NCBI GenBank assembly: GCA_964016885.1
Contig: OZ024750.1
Span: 44,330,001 to 44,394,000, forward strand
Origin: Eledone cirrhosa
Lineage: Eukaryota
Length of the DNA: 64,000 nt
Direction: 5' to 3'
Position 1 is the stretch's first letter; each line of letters starts with the position of its first letter. The notes under the pieces are model-generated. The model was not told the DNA's origin. It searched no databases and was given only the letters and a program-made list of their open reading frames with translations. Below are positions 44,001 to 62,000 of this stretch, piece by piece. The translations under genes and the position numbers were made by a program.

Positions 44001-47000
44001 ATTTGTTGATGACCTGAGCTACAAGATAAAAGTACAGATACATATACTGACCAAAACATAAACACACTACCCTTATCATACAGAAGAAGAGATACATTTG
44101 TTGATGAACTGTGCTACAAGATAAAAGTACAGTCACATTTACAGACCAAAATATAAACACACTCCTCTTATAATACAGAAGAAGAGATACATTTGTTGAT
44201 GAACTGAGCTACAAGATAAGAGTACAGACACATTTACAGACCAAATCATAAACACACCCCCCTTATAATACAGAAGTAGAGATACAATGGTTGATGAAAT
44301 CAGCTACAAGATAAAAGTACAGACACATTTACAGACCAAACCATAAACACACTCCCCTTATAATACATAAGAAGAGATACATTTGTTGATGAACTGAGCT
44401 ACAAGATAAAAGTACAGACACATTTACAGACCAAAACATAAACACACTCCCCTTATAATTCAGAAGAAGAGATACATTTGTTGATGAACTGAGCAAGAAG
44501 ATAAAAGTACAGACACATTTACAGACCAAAACATAAACACACTACCCTTATCATACAGAAGAAGAGATACATTTGTTGATGAACTGAGCTACAAGATAAA
44601 AGTACAAAAACATTTACATACCAAAATATAAACACACTCCCCTTATGATACAGGAGAAGAGATACATTTGATGATGAACTGAGCTACAAGATAAAAATAC
44701 AGACACATTTACAGACCAAAACATAAACACACTGCCCTTATGATACAGAAGAAGAGATACATTTGTTGATGAACTGAGCTACAAGATAAAAGTACAGACA
44801 CTTTTACAGACCAAAACATAAACACATTCCCCTTATAATACAGAAGAAGGGATAAATTTGTTGATGAACTGAGTTACAACATAAAAGTACAGACACATTT
44901 ATAGCCCAAAACATCAACACACTCCCCTTATAATACAGAAGAAGAAATACATTTGTTGATGAACTGAGCTACAAGATAACATTTCGGACACATTTACAGA
45001 CCAAAACATAAATACACTCCCCTTATCATACATAAGAAGAGATACATTTGTTGATGAACTGAGTTACAAGATAAAAGTACAGACACATCTACAGACCAAA
45101 ACATAAACACACTCCCCTTATGATACAGAAGAAGAGATACATTTGTTGATGAACTGAGCTACAAGATAAAAGTACAGACACATTTACAGACCAAAAGATA
45201 AACACACTCCCCTTATAATACAGAAGAAGAAATACATTTTTTGATGAACTGATCTACAAGATAAAATTTCGGACACATTTACAGACGAAAACATAAACAC
45301 ACTCCCCTTATCATACATAAGAAGATATACATGTTTTAATGAACTGAGTTACAAGATAAAAGTACAGACACATTTACAGACCGAAACACAAACACACTCC
45401 CCTTATGATATAGAAGAAAAGATACATTTGTTGATGAACTGAGCTACAAGATAAATGTACAAACACATTTACAGACGAAAAGATAAACACACTCCTCTTA
45501 TAATACAGAAGTGATATATTTGTTGATGACCTGAGCTACAAGATAAAAGTACAGATACATATACTGACCAAAACATAAACACACTACCCTTATCATACAG
45601 AAGAAGAGATACATTTGTTGATGAACTGTGCAACAAGATAAACGTACAGTCACATTTACAGACCAAAATATAAACACACTCCTCTTATAATACAGAAGAA
45701 GAGATACATTTGTTGATGAAATGAGCTACAAGATAAAAGTACAGACACATTTACAGACCAAAACATAAACACACTCCCCTTAAATTACAGAAGTAGAGAT
45801 ACAATGGTTGATGAAATCAGCTACAAGATAAAAGTACATACACATTTACAGACCAAAAGATAAACACACCCCTATTATAATACATAAGAAGTGATACATT
45901 TGTTGATGAACTGAGCTACAAGATAAAAGTACAGACACATTTACAGACCAAAACATAAACACACTACCCTTATAGTTCAGAAGAAGAGATACATTTGTTG
46001 ATGAAGTGAGCTACAAGATAAAAGTACAAAAACATTTACATACCAAAATATAAACACACTCCCCTTATGATACAGAAGAAGAGATACATTTGATGATGAA
46101 CTGAGCTACAAGATAAAAATACAGACACATTTACAGACCAAAACATAAACACACTGCCCTTATGATACAGAAGAAGAGATACATTTGTTGATGAACTGAG
46201 CTACAAGATAAAAGTACAGACACATTTACAGACCAAAACATAAACACATTCCCCTTATAATACAGAAGAAGGGATACATTTGTTGATGAACTGAGTTACA
46301 AGATAAAAGTACAGACACATTTACAGCCCAAAACATCAACACACTCCCATTATAATACAGAAGAAGAAATACATTTGTTGATGAACTGAGCTACAAGATA
46401 AAATTTCGGACACATTTACAGACCAAATCATAAACACACTCCACTTATCATACATAAGAAGAGATACATTTGTTGATGAACTGAGTTACAAGATAAAAGT
46501 ACAGACACATCTACAGACCAAAACATAAACACACTCCCCTTATGATACAGAAGAAGAGATACATTTGTTGATGAATTGAGCTACAAGATAAAAGTACAGA
46601 CACATTTACAGACCAAAAGATAAACACACTCCTCTTATAATACAGAAGTGATATATTTGTTGATGACATGAGCTACAAGATAAAAGTACAGATACATATA
46701 CTGACCAAAACATAAACACACTCCTCTTATAATACAGAAGAAGAGATACATTTGTTGATGAACTGAGCTACAAGATTAAAGTACAGATACATTTACAGAC
46801 CAAAACATAAACACACACCTCTTATAATACAGAAGAAGAGATACATTTGTTGATGAACTGAGCTACAAGATAACAGTACAGACACATTTACAGACCAATA
46901 CATAAACACGCTCGTCTTATAATACATAAGAAGAGATACATTTGTTGATGAACTGAGTTACAACATAAAAGTACAGACACATTTATAGCCCAAAACATCA

Positions 47001-50000
47001 ACACACTCCCCTTATAATACAGAAGAAGAAATACATTTGTTGATGAACTGAGCTACAAGATAACATTTCGGACACATTTACAGACCAAAACATAAATACA
47101 CTCCCCTTATAATACAGAAGAAGGGATACATTTGTTGATGAACTGAGTTACAACATAAAAGTACAGACACATTTATAGCCCTAAACATCAACACACTCCC
47201 CTTATAATACAGAAGAAGAAATACATTTGTTGATGAACTGAGCTACAAGATAACATTTCGGACACATTTACAGACCAAAACATAAATACACTCCCCTTAT
47301 CATACATAAGAAGAGATACATTTGTTGATGAACTGAGTTACAAGATAACAGTACAGACACATCTACAGACCAAAATATAAACACACTCCCCTTATGATAC
47401 AGAAGAAGAGATACATTTGTTGATGAACTGAGCTACAAGATAAAAGTACAGACACATTTACAGACCAAAAGATAAACACATTCCTCTTATAATACAGAAG
47501 TGATATATTTGTTGATGACCTGAGCTACAAGATAAAAGTACAGATACATATACTGACCAAAACATAAACACACTCCTCTTATAATACAGAAGTGGAGATA
47601 CAATGGTTGATGAAATCAGCTACAAGATAAAAGTACATACACATTTACAGACCAAAAGATAAACACACCCCTATTATAATACATAAGAAGTGATACATTT
47701 GTTGATGAACTGAGCTACAAGATAAAAGTACAGACACATTTACAGACCAAAACATAAACACACTACCCTTATAGTTCAGAAGAAGAGATACATTTGTTGA
47801 TGAAGTGAGCTACAAGATAAAAGTACAAAAACATTTACATACCAAAATATAAACACACTCCCCTTATGATACAGAAGAAGAGATACATTTGATGATGAAC
47901 TGAGCTACAAGATAAAAATACAGACACATTTACAGACCAAAACATAAACACACTGCCCTTATGATACAGAAGAAGAGATACATTTGTTGATGAACTGAGC
48001 TACAAGATAAAAGTACAGACACATTTACAGACCAAAACATAAACACATTCCCCTTATAATACAGAAGAAGGGATACATTTGTTGATGAACTGAGTTACAA
48101 GATAAAAGTACAGACACATTTACAGCCCAAAACATCAACACACTCCCATTATAAAAGAGAAGAAGAAATACATTTGTTGATGAACTGAGCTACAAGATAA
48201 AATTTCGGACACATTTACAGACCAAATCATAAACACACTCCACTTATCATACATAAGAAGAGATACATTTGTTGATGAACTGAGTTACAAGATAAAAGTA
48301 CAGACACATCTACAGACCAAAACATAAACACACTCCCCTTATGATACAGAAGAAGAGATACATTTGTTGATGAATTGAGCTACAAGATAAAAGTACAGAC
48401 ACATTTACAGACCAAAAGATAAACACACTCCTCTTATAATACAGAAGTGATATATTTGTTGATGACATGAGCTACAAGATAAAAGTACAGATACATATAC
48501 TGACCAAAACATAAACACACTCCTCTTATAATACAGAAGAAGAGATACATTTGTTGATGAACTGAGCTACAAGATTAAAGTACAGATACATTTACAGACC
48601 AAAACATAAACACACACCTCTTATAATACAGAAGAAGAGATACATTTGTTGATGAACTGAGCTACAAGATAACAGTACAGACACATTTACAGACCAATAC
48701 ATAAACACGCTCGTCTTATAATACATAAGAAGAGATACATTTGTTGATGAACTGAGTTACAACATAAAAGTACAGACACATTTATAGCCCAAAACATCAA
48801 CACACTCCCCTTATAATACAGAAGAAGAAATACATTTGTTGATGAACTGAGCTACAAGATAACATTTCGGACACATTTACAGACCAAAACATAAATACAC
48901 TCCCCTTATAATACAGAAGAAGGGATACATTTGTTGATGAACTGAGTTACAACATAAAAGTACAGACACATTTATAGCCCTAAACATCAACACACTCCCC
49001 TTATAATACAGAAGAAGAAATACATTTGTTGATGAACTGAGCTACAAGATAACATTTCGGACACGTTTACAGACCAAAACATAAATACACTCCCCTTATC
49101 ATACATAAGAAGAGATACATTTGTTGATGAACTGAGTTACAAGATAACAGTACAGACACATCTACAGACCAAAATATAAACACACTCCCCTTATGATACA
49201 GAAGAAGAGATACATTTGTTGATGAACTGAGCTACAAGATAAAAGTACAGACACATTTACAGACCAAAAGATAAACACATTCCTCTTATAATACAGAAGT
49301 GATATATTTGTTGATGACCTGAGCTACAAGATAAAAGTACAGATACATATACTGACCAAAACATAAACACACTCCTCTTATAATACAGAAGAAGAGATAC
49401 ATTTGTTGATGAACTGAGCTACAAGATTAAAGTACAGATACATTTACAGACCAAAACATAAACACACACCTCTTATAATACAGAAGAAGAGATACATTTG
49501 TTGATGAACTGAGCTACAAGATAACAGTACAGACACATTTACAGACCAATACATAAACACACTCGTCTTATAATACATAAGAAGAGATACATTTGTCGAT
49601 GAAATGAGCTACAAGATAAAAGTACAGACATATTTACAGACCACAACATAAACACACTCCTGTTATAATATAGAAGAAGAGATACATTTGTTGATGAACT
49701 GAGCTACAAGATAAAAGTACAGACACATTTACAGACGAAAAGATAAACACACTCCTCTTATAATACAGAAGTGATATATTTGTTGATGACCTGAGCTACA
49801 AGTTAAAAGTACAGATACATATACTGACCAAAACATAAACACACTACCCTTATCATACAGAAGAAGAGATACATTTGTTGATGAATTGTGCTACAAGATA
49901 AATGTACAGTCACATTTACAGACCAAAATATAAACACACTACTCTTATAATACAGAAGAAGAGATACATTTGTTGATGAACTGAGCTACAAGATAAAAGT

Positions 50001-53000
50001 ACAGACACATTTACAGACCAAAACATAAGCACACTACTCTTATAATACAGAAGAAGAGATACATTTGTTGATGAACTGAGCTACAAGATAAAAGTACAGA
50101 CACATTTACAGACCAAAACATAAGCACACTCCTGTTATAATACAGAAGAAGAGATACATTTGTTGATGAACTGAGCTACAAGATAAAAGTACAGACACAT
50201 TTACAGACCAAAAGATAAACACACTCCCCTTATAATACAGAAGAAGAAATACATTTTTTGATGAACTGATCTACAAGATAAAATTTCGGACACATTTACA
50301 GACGAAAACATAAACACACTCCCCTTATCATACATAAGAAGATATACATGTTTTAATGAACTGAGTTACAAGATAAAAGTACAGACACATTTACAGACCG
50401 AAACACAAACACACTCCCCTTATGATATAGAAGAAAAGATACATTTGTTGATGAACTGAGCTACAAGATAAATGTACAAACACATTTACAGACGAAAAGA
50501 TAAACACACTCCTCTTATAATACAGAAGTGATATATTTGTTGATGACCTGAGCTACAAGATCAAAGTACAGATACATATACTGACCAAAACATAAACACA
50601 CTACCCTTATCATACAGAAGAAGAGATACATTTGTTGATGAACTGTGCTACAAGATAAAAGTACAGTCACATTTACAGACCAAAATATAAACACACTCCT
50701 CTTATAATACAGAAGAAGAGATACATTTGTTGATGAACTGAGCTACAAGATAAAAGTGCAGACACATTTACAGACCAAAACATAAGCACACTCCTGTTAT
50801 AATACAAAAAGAAGAGATACATTTGTTGATGAACTGAGCTACAAGATAAAAGTACAGACACATTTACAGACCAAAAGATAAACACATTCCTCTTATAATA
50901 CAGAAGTGATATATTTGTTGATGACCTGAGCTACAAGATAAAAGTACAGATACATATACTGACCAAAACATAAACACACTACCCTTATCATACAGAAGAA
51001 GAGATACATTTGTTGATGAACTGTGCAACAAGATAAAAGTACAGTCACATTTACAGACCAAAATATAAACACACTCCTCTTATAATACAGAAGAAGAGAT
51101 ACATTTGTTGATGAAATGAGCTACAAGATAAAAGTACAGACACATTTACAGACCAAAACATAAACACACTCCCCTTAAATTACAGAAGTAGAGATACAAT
51201 GGTTGATGAAATCAGCTACAAGATAAAAGTACATACACATTTACAGACCAAAAAATAAACACACCCCTATTATAATACATAAGAAGAGATACATTTGTTG
51301 ATGAACTGAGCTACAAGATAAAAGTACAGACACATTTACAGACCAAAACATAAACACACTACCCTTATAGTTCAGAAGAAGAGATACATTTGTTGATGAA
51401 GTGAGCTACAAGATAAAAGTACAAAAACATTTACATACCAAAATATAAACACACTCCCCTTATGATACAGAAGAAGAGATACATTTGATGATGAACTGAG
51501 CTACAAGATAAAAATACAGACACATTTACAGACCAAAACATAAACACACTGCCCTTATGATACAGAAGAAGAGATACATTTGTTGATGAACTGAGCTACA
51601 AGATAAAAGTACAGACACATTTACAGAACAAAACATAAACACATTCCCCTTATAATACAGAAGAAGGGATACATTTGTTGATGAACTGAGTTACAAGATA
51701 AAAGTACAGACACATTTACAGCCCAAAACATCAACACACTCCCATTATAATACAGAAGAAGAAATACATTTGTTGATGAACTGAGCTACAAGATAAAATT
51801 TCGGACACATTTACAGACCAAAACATAAACACACTCCACTTATCATACATAAGAAGAGATACATTTGTTGATGAACTGAGTTACAAGATAAAAGTACAGA
51901 CACATCTACAGACCAAAACATAAACACACTCCCCTTATGATACAGAAGAAGAGATACATTTGTTGATGAACTGAGCTACAAGATAAAAGTACAGACACAT
52001 TTACAGACCAAAAGATAAACACACTCCTCTTATAATACAGAAGTGATATATTTGTTGATGACATGAGCTACAAGATAAAAGTACAGATACATATACTGAC
52101 CAAAACATAAACACACTCCTCTTATAATACAGAAGAAGAGATACATTTGTTGATGAACTGAGCTACAAGATTAAAGTACAGATACATTTACAGACCAAAA
52201 CATAAACACACACCTCTTATAATACAGAAGAAGAGATACATTTGTTGATGAACTGAGCTACAAGATAACAGTACAGACACATTTACAGACCAATACATAA
52301 ACACGCTCGTCTTATAATACATAAGAAGAGATACATTTGTTGATGAACTGAGTTACAACATAAAAGTACAGACACATTTATAGCCCAAAACATCAACACA
52401 CTCCCCTTATAATACAGAAGAAGAAATACATTTGTTGATGAACTGAGCTACAAGATAACATTTCGGACACATTTACAGACCAAAACATAAATACACTCCC
52501 CTTATAATACAGAAGAAGGGATACATTTGTTGATGAACTGAGTTACAACATAAAAGTACAGACACATTTATAGCCCAAAACATCAACACACTCCCCTTAT
52601 AATACAGAAGAAGAAATACATTTGTTGATGAACTGAGCTACAAGATAACATTTCGGACACATTTACAGACCAAAACATAAATACACTCCCCTTATCATAC
52701 ATAAGAAGAGATACATTTGTTGATGAACTGAGTTACAAGATAAAAGTACAGACACATCTACAGACCAAAATATAAACACACTCCCCTTATGATACAGAAG
52801 ATGAGATACATTTGTTGATGAACTGAGCTACAAGATAAAAGTACAGACACATTTACGGACCAAAAGATAAACACATTCCTCTTATAATACAGAAGTGATA
52901 TATTTGTTGATGACCTGAGCTACAAGATAAAAGTACAGATACATATACTGACCAAAACATAAACACACTCCTCTTATAATACAGAAGAAGAGATACATTT

Positions 53001-56000
53001 GTTGATGAACTGAGCTACAAGATTAAAGTACAGATACATTTACAGACCAAAACATAAACACACACCTCTTATAATACAGAAGAAGAGATACATTTGTTGA
53101 TGAACTGAGCTACAAGATAACAGTACAGACACATTTACAGACCAATACATAAACACACTCGTCTTATAATACATAAGAAGAGATACATTTGTCGATGAAA
53201 TGAGCTACAAGATAAAAGTACAGACACATTTACAGACCAAAACATAAACACACTCCTGTTATAATACAGAAGAAGAGATACATTTGTTGATGAACTGAGC
53301 TACAAGATAAAAGTACAGACACATTTACAGACGAAAAGATAAACACACTCCTCTTATAATACAGAAGTGATATATTTGTTGATGACCTGAGCTACAAGTT
53401 AAAAGTACAGATACATATACTGACCAAAACATAAACACACTACCCTTATCATACAGAAGAAGAGATACATTTGTTGATGAATTGTGCTACAAGATAAATG
53501 TACAGTCACATTTACAGACCAAAATATAAACACACTACTCTTATAATACAGAAGAAGAGATACATTTGTTGATGAACTGAGCTACAAGATAAAAGTACAG
53601 ACACATTTACAGACCAAAACATAAGCACACTCCTGTTATAATACAGAAGAAGAGATACATTTGTTGATGAACTGAGCTACAAGATAAAAGTACAGACACA
53701 TTTACAGACCAAAAGATAAACACACTCCCCTTATAATACAGAAGAAGAAATACATTTTTTGATGAACTGATCTACAAGATAAAATTTCGGACACATTTAT
53801 AGACGAAAACATAAACACACTCCCCTTATCATACATAAGAAGATATACATGTTTTAATGAACTGAGTTACAAGATAAAAGTACAGACACGTTTACAGACC
53901 GAAACACAAACACACTCCCCTTATGATATAGAAGAAAAGATACATTTGTTGATGAACTGAGCTACAAGATAAACGTACAAACACATTTACAGACGAAAAG
54001 ATAAACACACTCCTCTTATAATACAGAAGTGATATATTTGTTGATGACCTGAGCTACAAGATCAAAGTACAGATACATATACTGACCAAAACATAAACAC
54101 ACTACCCTTATCATACAGAAGAAGAGATACATTTGTTGATGAACTGTGCTACAAGATAAAAGTACAGTCACATTTACAGACCAAAATATAAACACACTCC
54201 TCTTATAATACAGAAGAAGTGATACATTTGTTGATGAACTGAGCTACAAGATAAAAGTGCAGACACATTTACAGACCAAAACATAAGCACACTCCTGTTA
54301 TAATACAAGAAGAAGAGATACATTTGTTGATGAACTGAGCTACAAGATAAAAGTAGGGACACATTTACAGACCAAAAGATAAACACATTCCTCTTATAAT
54401 ACAGAAGTGATATATTTGTTGATGACCTGAGCTACAAGATAAAAGTACAGATACATATACTGACCAAAACATAAACACACTACCCTTATCATACAGAAGA
54501 AGAGATACATTTGTTGATGAACTGAGCTACAAGATAAAAGTACAGACACATTTACAGACCAAAAGATAAACACACTCCTCTTATAATACAGAAGTGATAT
54601 ATTTGTTGATGACATGAGCTACAAGATAAAAGTACAGATACATATACTGACCAAAACATAAACACTCTCGTCTTATAATACATAAGAAGAGATACATTTG
54701 TCGATGAACTGAGCTACAAGATTAAAGTACAGATACATTTACAGACCAAAACATAAACACACACCTCTTATAATACAGAAGAAGAGATACATTTGTTGAT
54801 GAACTGAGCTACAAGATAACAGTACAGACACATTTACAGACCAATACATAAACACGCTCGTCTTATAATACATAAGAAGAGATACATTTGTCGATGAAAT
54901 GAGCTACAAGATAAAAGTACAGACACATTTACAGACCAAAACATAAACACACTCCTGTTATAATACAGAAGAAGAGATACATTTGTTGATTAACTGAGCT
55001 ACAAGATAAAAGTACAGACACATTTACAAAGGAAAAGATAAACACACTACTCTTATAATACAGAAGTGATATATTTGTTGATGACCTGAGCTACAAGTTA
55101 AAAGTACAGATACATATACTGACCAAAACATAAACACACTACCCTTATCATACAGAAGAAGAGATACATTTGTTGATGAACTGTGCTACAAGATAAAAGT
55201 ACAGTCACATTTAAAGACCAAAATATAAACACACTCCTCTTATAATACAGAAGAAGAGATACATTTGTTGATGAACTGAGCTACAAGATAAAAGTACAGA
55301 GACAGTTACAGACCAAAACATAAACACACTCCCCTTATAATACAGAAGTAGAGATACAATGGTTGATGAAATCAGCTACAAGATAAAAGTACATACACAT
55401 TTACAGACCAAAAGATAAACACACCCCTATTATAATACATAAGAAGAGATACATTTGTTGATGAACTGAGCTACAAGATAAAAGTACAGACACATTTACA
55501 GACCAAAACATAAACACACTCCCCTTATAATAGAGAAGAAGAGATACATTTGTTGATGAACTGAGCTAAAAAGATAAAAGTACAAAAACATTTACATACC
55601 AAAATATAAACACACTCCCCTTATGATACAGAAGAAGAGATACATTTGTTGATGAACTGAGCTACAAGATAAAAATACAGACACATTTACAGACCAAAAC
55701 ATAAACACACTCCCCTTATGATACAGAAGAAGAGATACATTTGTTGATGAACTGAGCTACAAGATAAAAGTACAGACACATTTACAGAACAAAAGATGAA
55801 CACACTCCTCTTATAATACAGATGTGATGTATTTGTTGATGACCTGAGCTACAAGATAAAAGTACAGATACATATACTGACCAAAACATAAACACACTCC
55901 CCTTATAATACAGAAGAAGAGATACATTTGTTGATGAACTGATCTACAAGATAACAGTACAGACACATTTACAGACTAAAACATAAACACACTCCTCTTA

Positions 56001-59000
56001 TAATACAGAAGAAGAGATACATTTGTTGATGAACTGAGCTACAAGATTAAAGTACAGATACATTTACAGACCAAAACATAAACACACACCTCTTATAATA
56101 CAGAAGAAGAGATACGTTTGTTGATGAACTGAGCTACAAGATAACAGTACAGACACATTTACAGACCAACACATAAACACCCTACCCTTATAATTCAGAA
56201 GAAGAGATACATTTGTTGCCGAACTGAGCCACAAGATAAAAATACAGTCACATTTACAGACCAAAACATAAACACACTCCCCTTATAATACAGAAGAAGA
56301 GATACATTTGTTGATGAAATGAGCTACAAGATAAAAGTACAAAAACATTTACAGACCAAAACATAAACACATCCCCCTTATAATACAGAAGAAGAGATAC
56401 ATTTGTTGATGAACTGAGTTACAAGATAAAAGTTCGGACACATTTACAGACCAAAACATAAACACACTACCCTTATCATACAGAAGAAGAGATATATTTG
56501 TTGATTAACTGAGCTACAAGATAAAAGAAGAGACACATTTACAGACCAAAACATCAACGCACTCCCCTTATAATACAGAAGAAGAGATACAATGGTTGAT
56601 GAAATCAGAGTACAGACACATTTACAGACCAAAATATAAACACACTCCCCTTATAATACAGAAGAAGAGATACATTTGTTGATGAACTGAGCTACAAGAT
56701 AAAAGTACAGACCCATTTACAGACCAAAAGATAAACACACTCCCGTTATGATACAGAAGAAGAGATACATTTGTTGATGAAATGAGCTACAAGATAAAAG
56801 TACAGACACATTTACAGACCAAAACATAAACACACTCCCCTTATGATACAGAAGAAGAGATACACTTGTTGATGAACTGAGCTACAAGATAAAAGTACAG
56901 ACACATTTACAGACCAAAGCACAAACACACTCTCCTTATAATACAGAAGAAGAGATACATTTGTTGATGAACTGAGCTACAAGATAAAAGTACAGACAGA
57001 TTTACAGACCAAAACATAAACACATTCCCCTTATAATACAGAAGAAGAGATACATTTGTTGATGAACTGAGCTACAAGATAAAAGCACAGACACATTTAC
57101 AGACCAAAACATAAACACACTCCCCTTATAATACAGAAGAAGAGATACATTTGTTGATGAACTGAGCCACAATATAAAAGTTCGGACACATTTACAGACC
57201 AAAACATAAACACACTACCCTTATAATACAGAAGAAGTGATACATTTGTTGATGTACAGAGCTACAAGATAACAGTACAGACACATTTACAGACTAAAAC
57301 ATAAACACACTCCCCTTATAATACAGAAGAAGAAATACATTTGTTGATGAACTGATCTACAAGATAAAAGTTCGGACACATTTACAGACCAAAACATAAA
57401 CACACTACCCTTATAATACAGAAGAAGTGATACATTTGTTGATGTACAGAGCTACAAGATAACAGTACAGACACATTTACAGACTAAAACATAAACACAC
57501 TCCCCTTATCATACAGAAGAAGAGATATATTTGTTGATGAACTGAGCTACAAGATAAAAGAAGAGACACATTTACAGACCAAAACATCAACACACTCCCC
57601 TTATAATACAGAAGAAGAGATACAATGGTTGATAAAATCAGAGTACAGACACATTTACAGACCAAAATATGAACACACTCCCCTTATAATACAGAAGAAG
57701 AGATACATTTGTTGATGAACTGAGCTACAAGATAAAAGTACAGACACATTTACAGACCAAAACATAAACACACTCCGCTGATGATACAGAAGAAGAGATA
57801 CATTTGTTGATGAACTGAGCTACAAGATAAAAGTACAGACACATTTACAGACCAAAACATAAACACATTCCCCTTATAATACAGAAGAATAGATACATTT
57901 GTTGATGAACTGAGTTACAAGATAAAAGTACAGACACATTTACAGCCCAAAACATCAACACACTCCCCTTATAATACAGAAGAAGAAATACATTTGTTGA
58001 TGAACTGAGCTACAAGATAAAAGTTCGGACACATTTACAGACTAAAACATAAACACACTCCCCTTATCATACAGAAGAAGAGATATATTTGTTGATGAAC
58101 TGAGCTACAAGATAAAAGAAGAGACACATTTACAGACCAAAACATCAACACACTCCCCTTATAATACAGAAGAAGAGATACAATGGTTGATAAAATCAGA
58201 GTACAGACACATTTACAGACCAAAATATAAACACACTCCCCTTATAATACAGAAGAAGAGATACATTTGTTGATGAACTGAGCTACAAGATAAAAGTACA
58301 GACACATTTACAGACCAAAACATAAACACACTCCCCTGATGATACAGAAGAAGAGATACATTTGTTGATGAACTGAGCTACAAGATAAAAGCACAGACAC
58401 ATTTACAGACCAAAACATAAACACACTCCCCTTATAATACAGAAGAAGAGATACATTTGTTGATGAATTGAGCTACAAGATAATAGAAGAGACACATTTA
58501 CAGACCAAAACATCAACACACTCCCCTTATAATACAGAAGAAGAGATACATTTGTTGATGAACTGAGCTACAAGATAAAAGTACAGACAGATTTACAGAC
58601 CAAAACATAAACACATTCCCCTTATAATACAGAAGAATAGAGACATTTGTTGATGAACTGAGCTGCAAGATAAAAGTACAGACACATTTACAGCCCAAAA
58701 CATCAACACACTCCCCTTATAATACAGAAGAAGAAATACATTTGTTGATGAACTGAGCTACAAGATAAAAGTTCGGACACATTTACAGACCAAAACATAA
58801 ACACACTACCCTTATAATACAGAAGAAGTGATACATTTGTTGATGTACTGAGCTACAAGATAAAAGTTCGGACACATTTACAGACCAAAACATAAACACA
58901 CTACCCTTATAATTCAGAAGAAGAGATACATTTGTTGATGAACTGAGCCACAATATTAAAATACAGTCCCATTTACAGACCAAAACATAAACACACTCCC

Positions 59001-62000
59001 CTTATAATACAGAAGAAGAGATACATTTGTTGATGAACTGAGCTACAAGATAAAAGTACAAAAACGTTTACAGACCAAAATATAAACACACTCCCCTTAT
59101 GATACAGAAGAAGAGATACATTTGTTGATGAACTGAGCTACAAGATAAAAGTACAGACACATTTACAGACCAAAACATAAACACACTCCGCTGATGATAC
59201 AGAAGAAGAGATACATTTGTTGATGAACTGAGCTACAAGATAAAAGTACAGACACATTTACAGACCAAAACATAAACACATTCCCCTTATAATACAGAAG
59301 AATAGATACATTTGTTGATGAACTGAGTTACAAGATAAAAGTACAGACACATTTACAGCCCAAAACATCAACACACTCCCCTTATAATACAGAAGAAGAA
59401 ATACATTTGTTGATGAACTGAGCTACAAGATAAAAGTTCGGACACATTTACACACCAAAACATAAACACACTACCCTTATAATACAGAAGAAGTGATACA
59501 TTTGTTGATGTACTGAGCTACAAGATAACAGTACAGACACATTTACAGACTAAAACATAAACACACTCCCCTTATCATACAGAAGAAGAGATATATTTGT
59601 TGATGAACTGAGCTACAAGATAAAAGAAGAGACACATTTACAGACCAAAACATCAACACACTCCCCTTATAATACAGAATAAGAGATACAATGGTTGATA
59701 AAATCAGAGTACAGACACATTTACAGACCAAAATATAAACACACTCCCCTTATAATACAGAAGAAGAGATACATTTGTTGATGAACTGAGCTACAAGATA
59801 AAAGTACAGACACATTTACAGACCAAAACATAAAAACACTCCCCTGATGATACAGAAGAAGAGATACATTTGTTGATGAACTGAGCTACAAGATAAAAGC
59901 ACAGACACATTTACAGACCAAAACATAAACACACTCCCCTTATAATACAGAAGAAGAGATACATTTGTTGATGAATTGAGCTACAAGATAATAGAAGAGA
60001 CACATTTACAGACCAAAACATCAACACACTCCCCTTATAATACAGAAGAAGAGATACATTTGTTGATGAACTGAGCTACAAGATAAAAGTACAGACAGAT
60101 TTACAGACCAAAACATAAACACATTCCCCTTATAATACAGAAGAATAGAGACATTTGTTGATGAACTGAGCTGCAAGATAAAAGTACAGACACATTTACA
60201 GCCCAAAACATCAACACACTCCCCTTATAATACAGAAGAAGAAATACATTTGTTGATGAACTGAGCTACAAGATAAAAGTTCGGACACATTTACAGACCA
60301 AAACATAAACACACTACCCTTATAATACAGAAGAAGTGATACATTTGTTGATGTACTGAGCTACAAGATAAAAGTTCGGACACATTTACAGACCAAAACA
60401 TAAACACACTACCCTTATAATTCAGAAGAAGAGATACATTTGTTGATGAACTGAGCCACAATATTAAAATACAGTCCCATTTACAGACCAAAACATAAAC
60501 ACACTCCCCTTATAATACAGAAGAAGAGATACATTTGTTGATGAACTGAGCTACAAGATAAAAGTACAAAAACGTTTACAGACCAAAATATAAACACACT
60601 CCCCTTATGATACAGAAGAAGAGATACATTTGTTGATGAACTGAGCTACAAGATAAAAGTACAGACACATTTACAGCCCAAAACATCAACACACTCCCCT
60701 TATAATACAGAAGAAGGAATACATTTGTTGATGAACTGATCTACAAGATAAAAGTTCGGACACATTTACAGACCAAAACATAAACACACTACCCTTATAA
60801 TACAGAAGAAGTGATACATTTGTTGATGTACAGAGCTACAAGATAACAGTACAGACACATTTACAGACTAAAACATAAACACACTCCCCTTATCATACAG
60901 AAGAAGAGATATATTTGTTGATGAACTGAGCTACAAGATAAAAGAAGAGACACATTTACAGACCAAAACATCAACACACTCCCCTTATAATACAGAAGAA
61001 GAGATACAATGGTTGATAAAATCAGAGTACAGTCACATTTACAGACCAAAATATAAACACACTCCCCTTATAATACAGAAGAAGAGATACATTTGTTGAT
61101 GAACTGAGCTACAAGATAAAAGTACAGACACATTTACAGACCAAAACATAAACACACTCCCCTGATGATACAGAAGAAGAGATACATTTGTTGATGAACT
61201 GAGCTACAAGATAAAAGTACAGACACATTTACAGACCAAAACATAAACACATTCCCCTTATAATACAGAAGAATAGATACATTTGTTGATGAACTGAGTT
61301 ACAAGATAAAAGTACAGACACATTTACAGCCCAAAACATCAACACACTCCCCTTATAATACAGAAGAAGAAATACATTTGTTGATGAACTGAGCTACAAG
61401 ATAAAAGTTCGGACACATTTACACACCAAAACATAAACACACTACCCTTATAATACAGAAGAAGTGATACATTTGTTGATGTACTGAGCTACAAGATAAC
61501 AGTACAGACACATTTACAGACTAAAACATAAACGCACTCCCCTTATCATACAGAAGAAGAGATATATTTGTTGATGAACTGAGCTACAAGATAAAAGAAG
61601 AGACACATTTACAGACCAAAACATCAACACACTCCCCTTATAATACAGAAGAAGAGATACAATGGTTGATAAAATCAGAGTACAGACACATTTACAGACC
61701 AAAACATAAACACACTCCCCTTATGATACAGAAGAAGAGATACACTTGTTGATGAACTGAGCTACAAGATAAAAGTACAGACACATTTACAGACCAAAGC
61801 ACAAACACACTCTCCTTATAATACAGAAGAAGAGATACATTTGTTGATGAACTGAGCTACAAGATAAAAGCACAGACACATTTACAGACCAAAACATAAA
61901 CACACTCCCCTTATAATACAGAAGAAGAGATACATTTGTTGATGAATTGAGCTACAAGATAAAAGAAGAGACACATTTACAGACCAAAATATAAACACAC

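Noticed and set aside
48200-51800. A satellite block recurrence of 3596 bp equals the PLE unit length
   Set aside because: Explained by about 38 monomers with small indels; no sequence relationship to the PLE, so coincidental.
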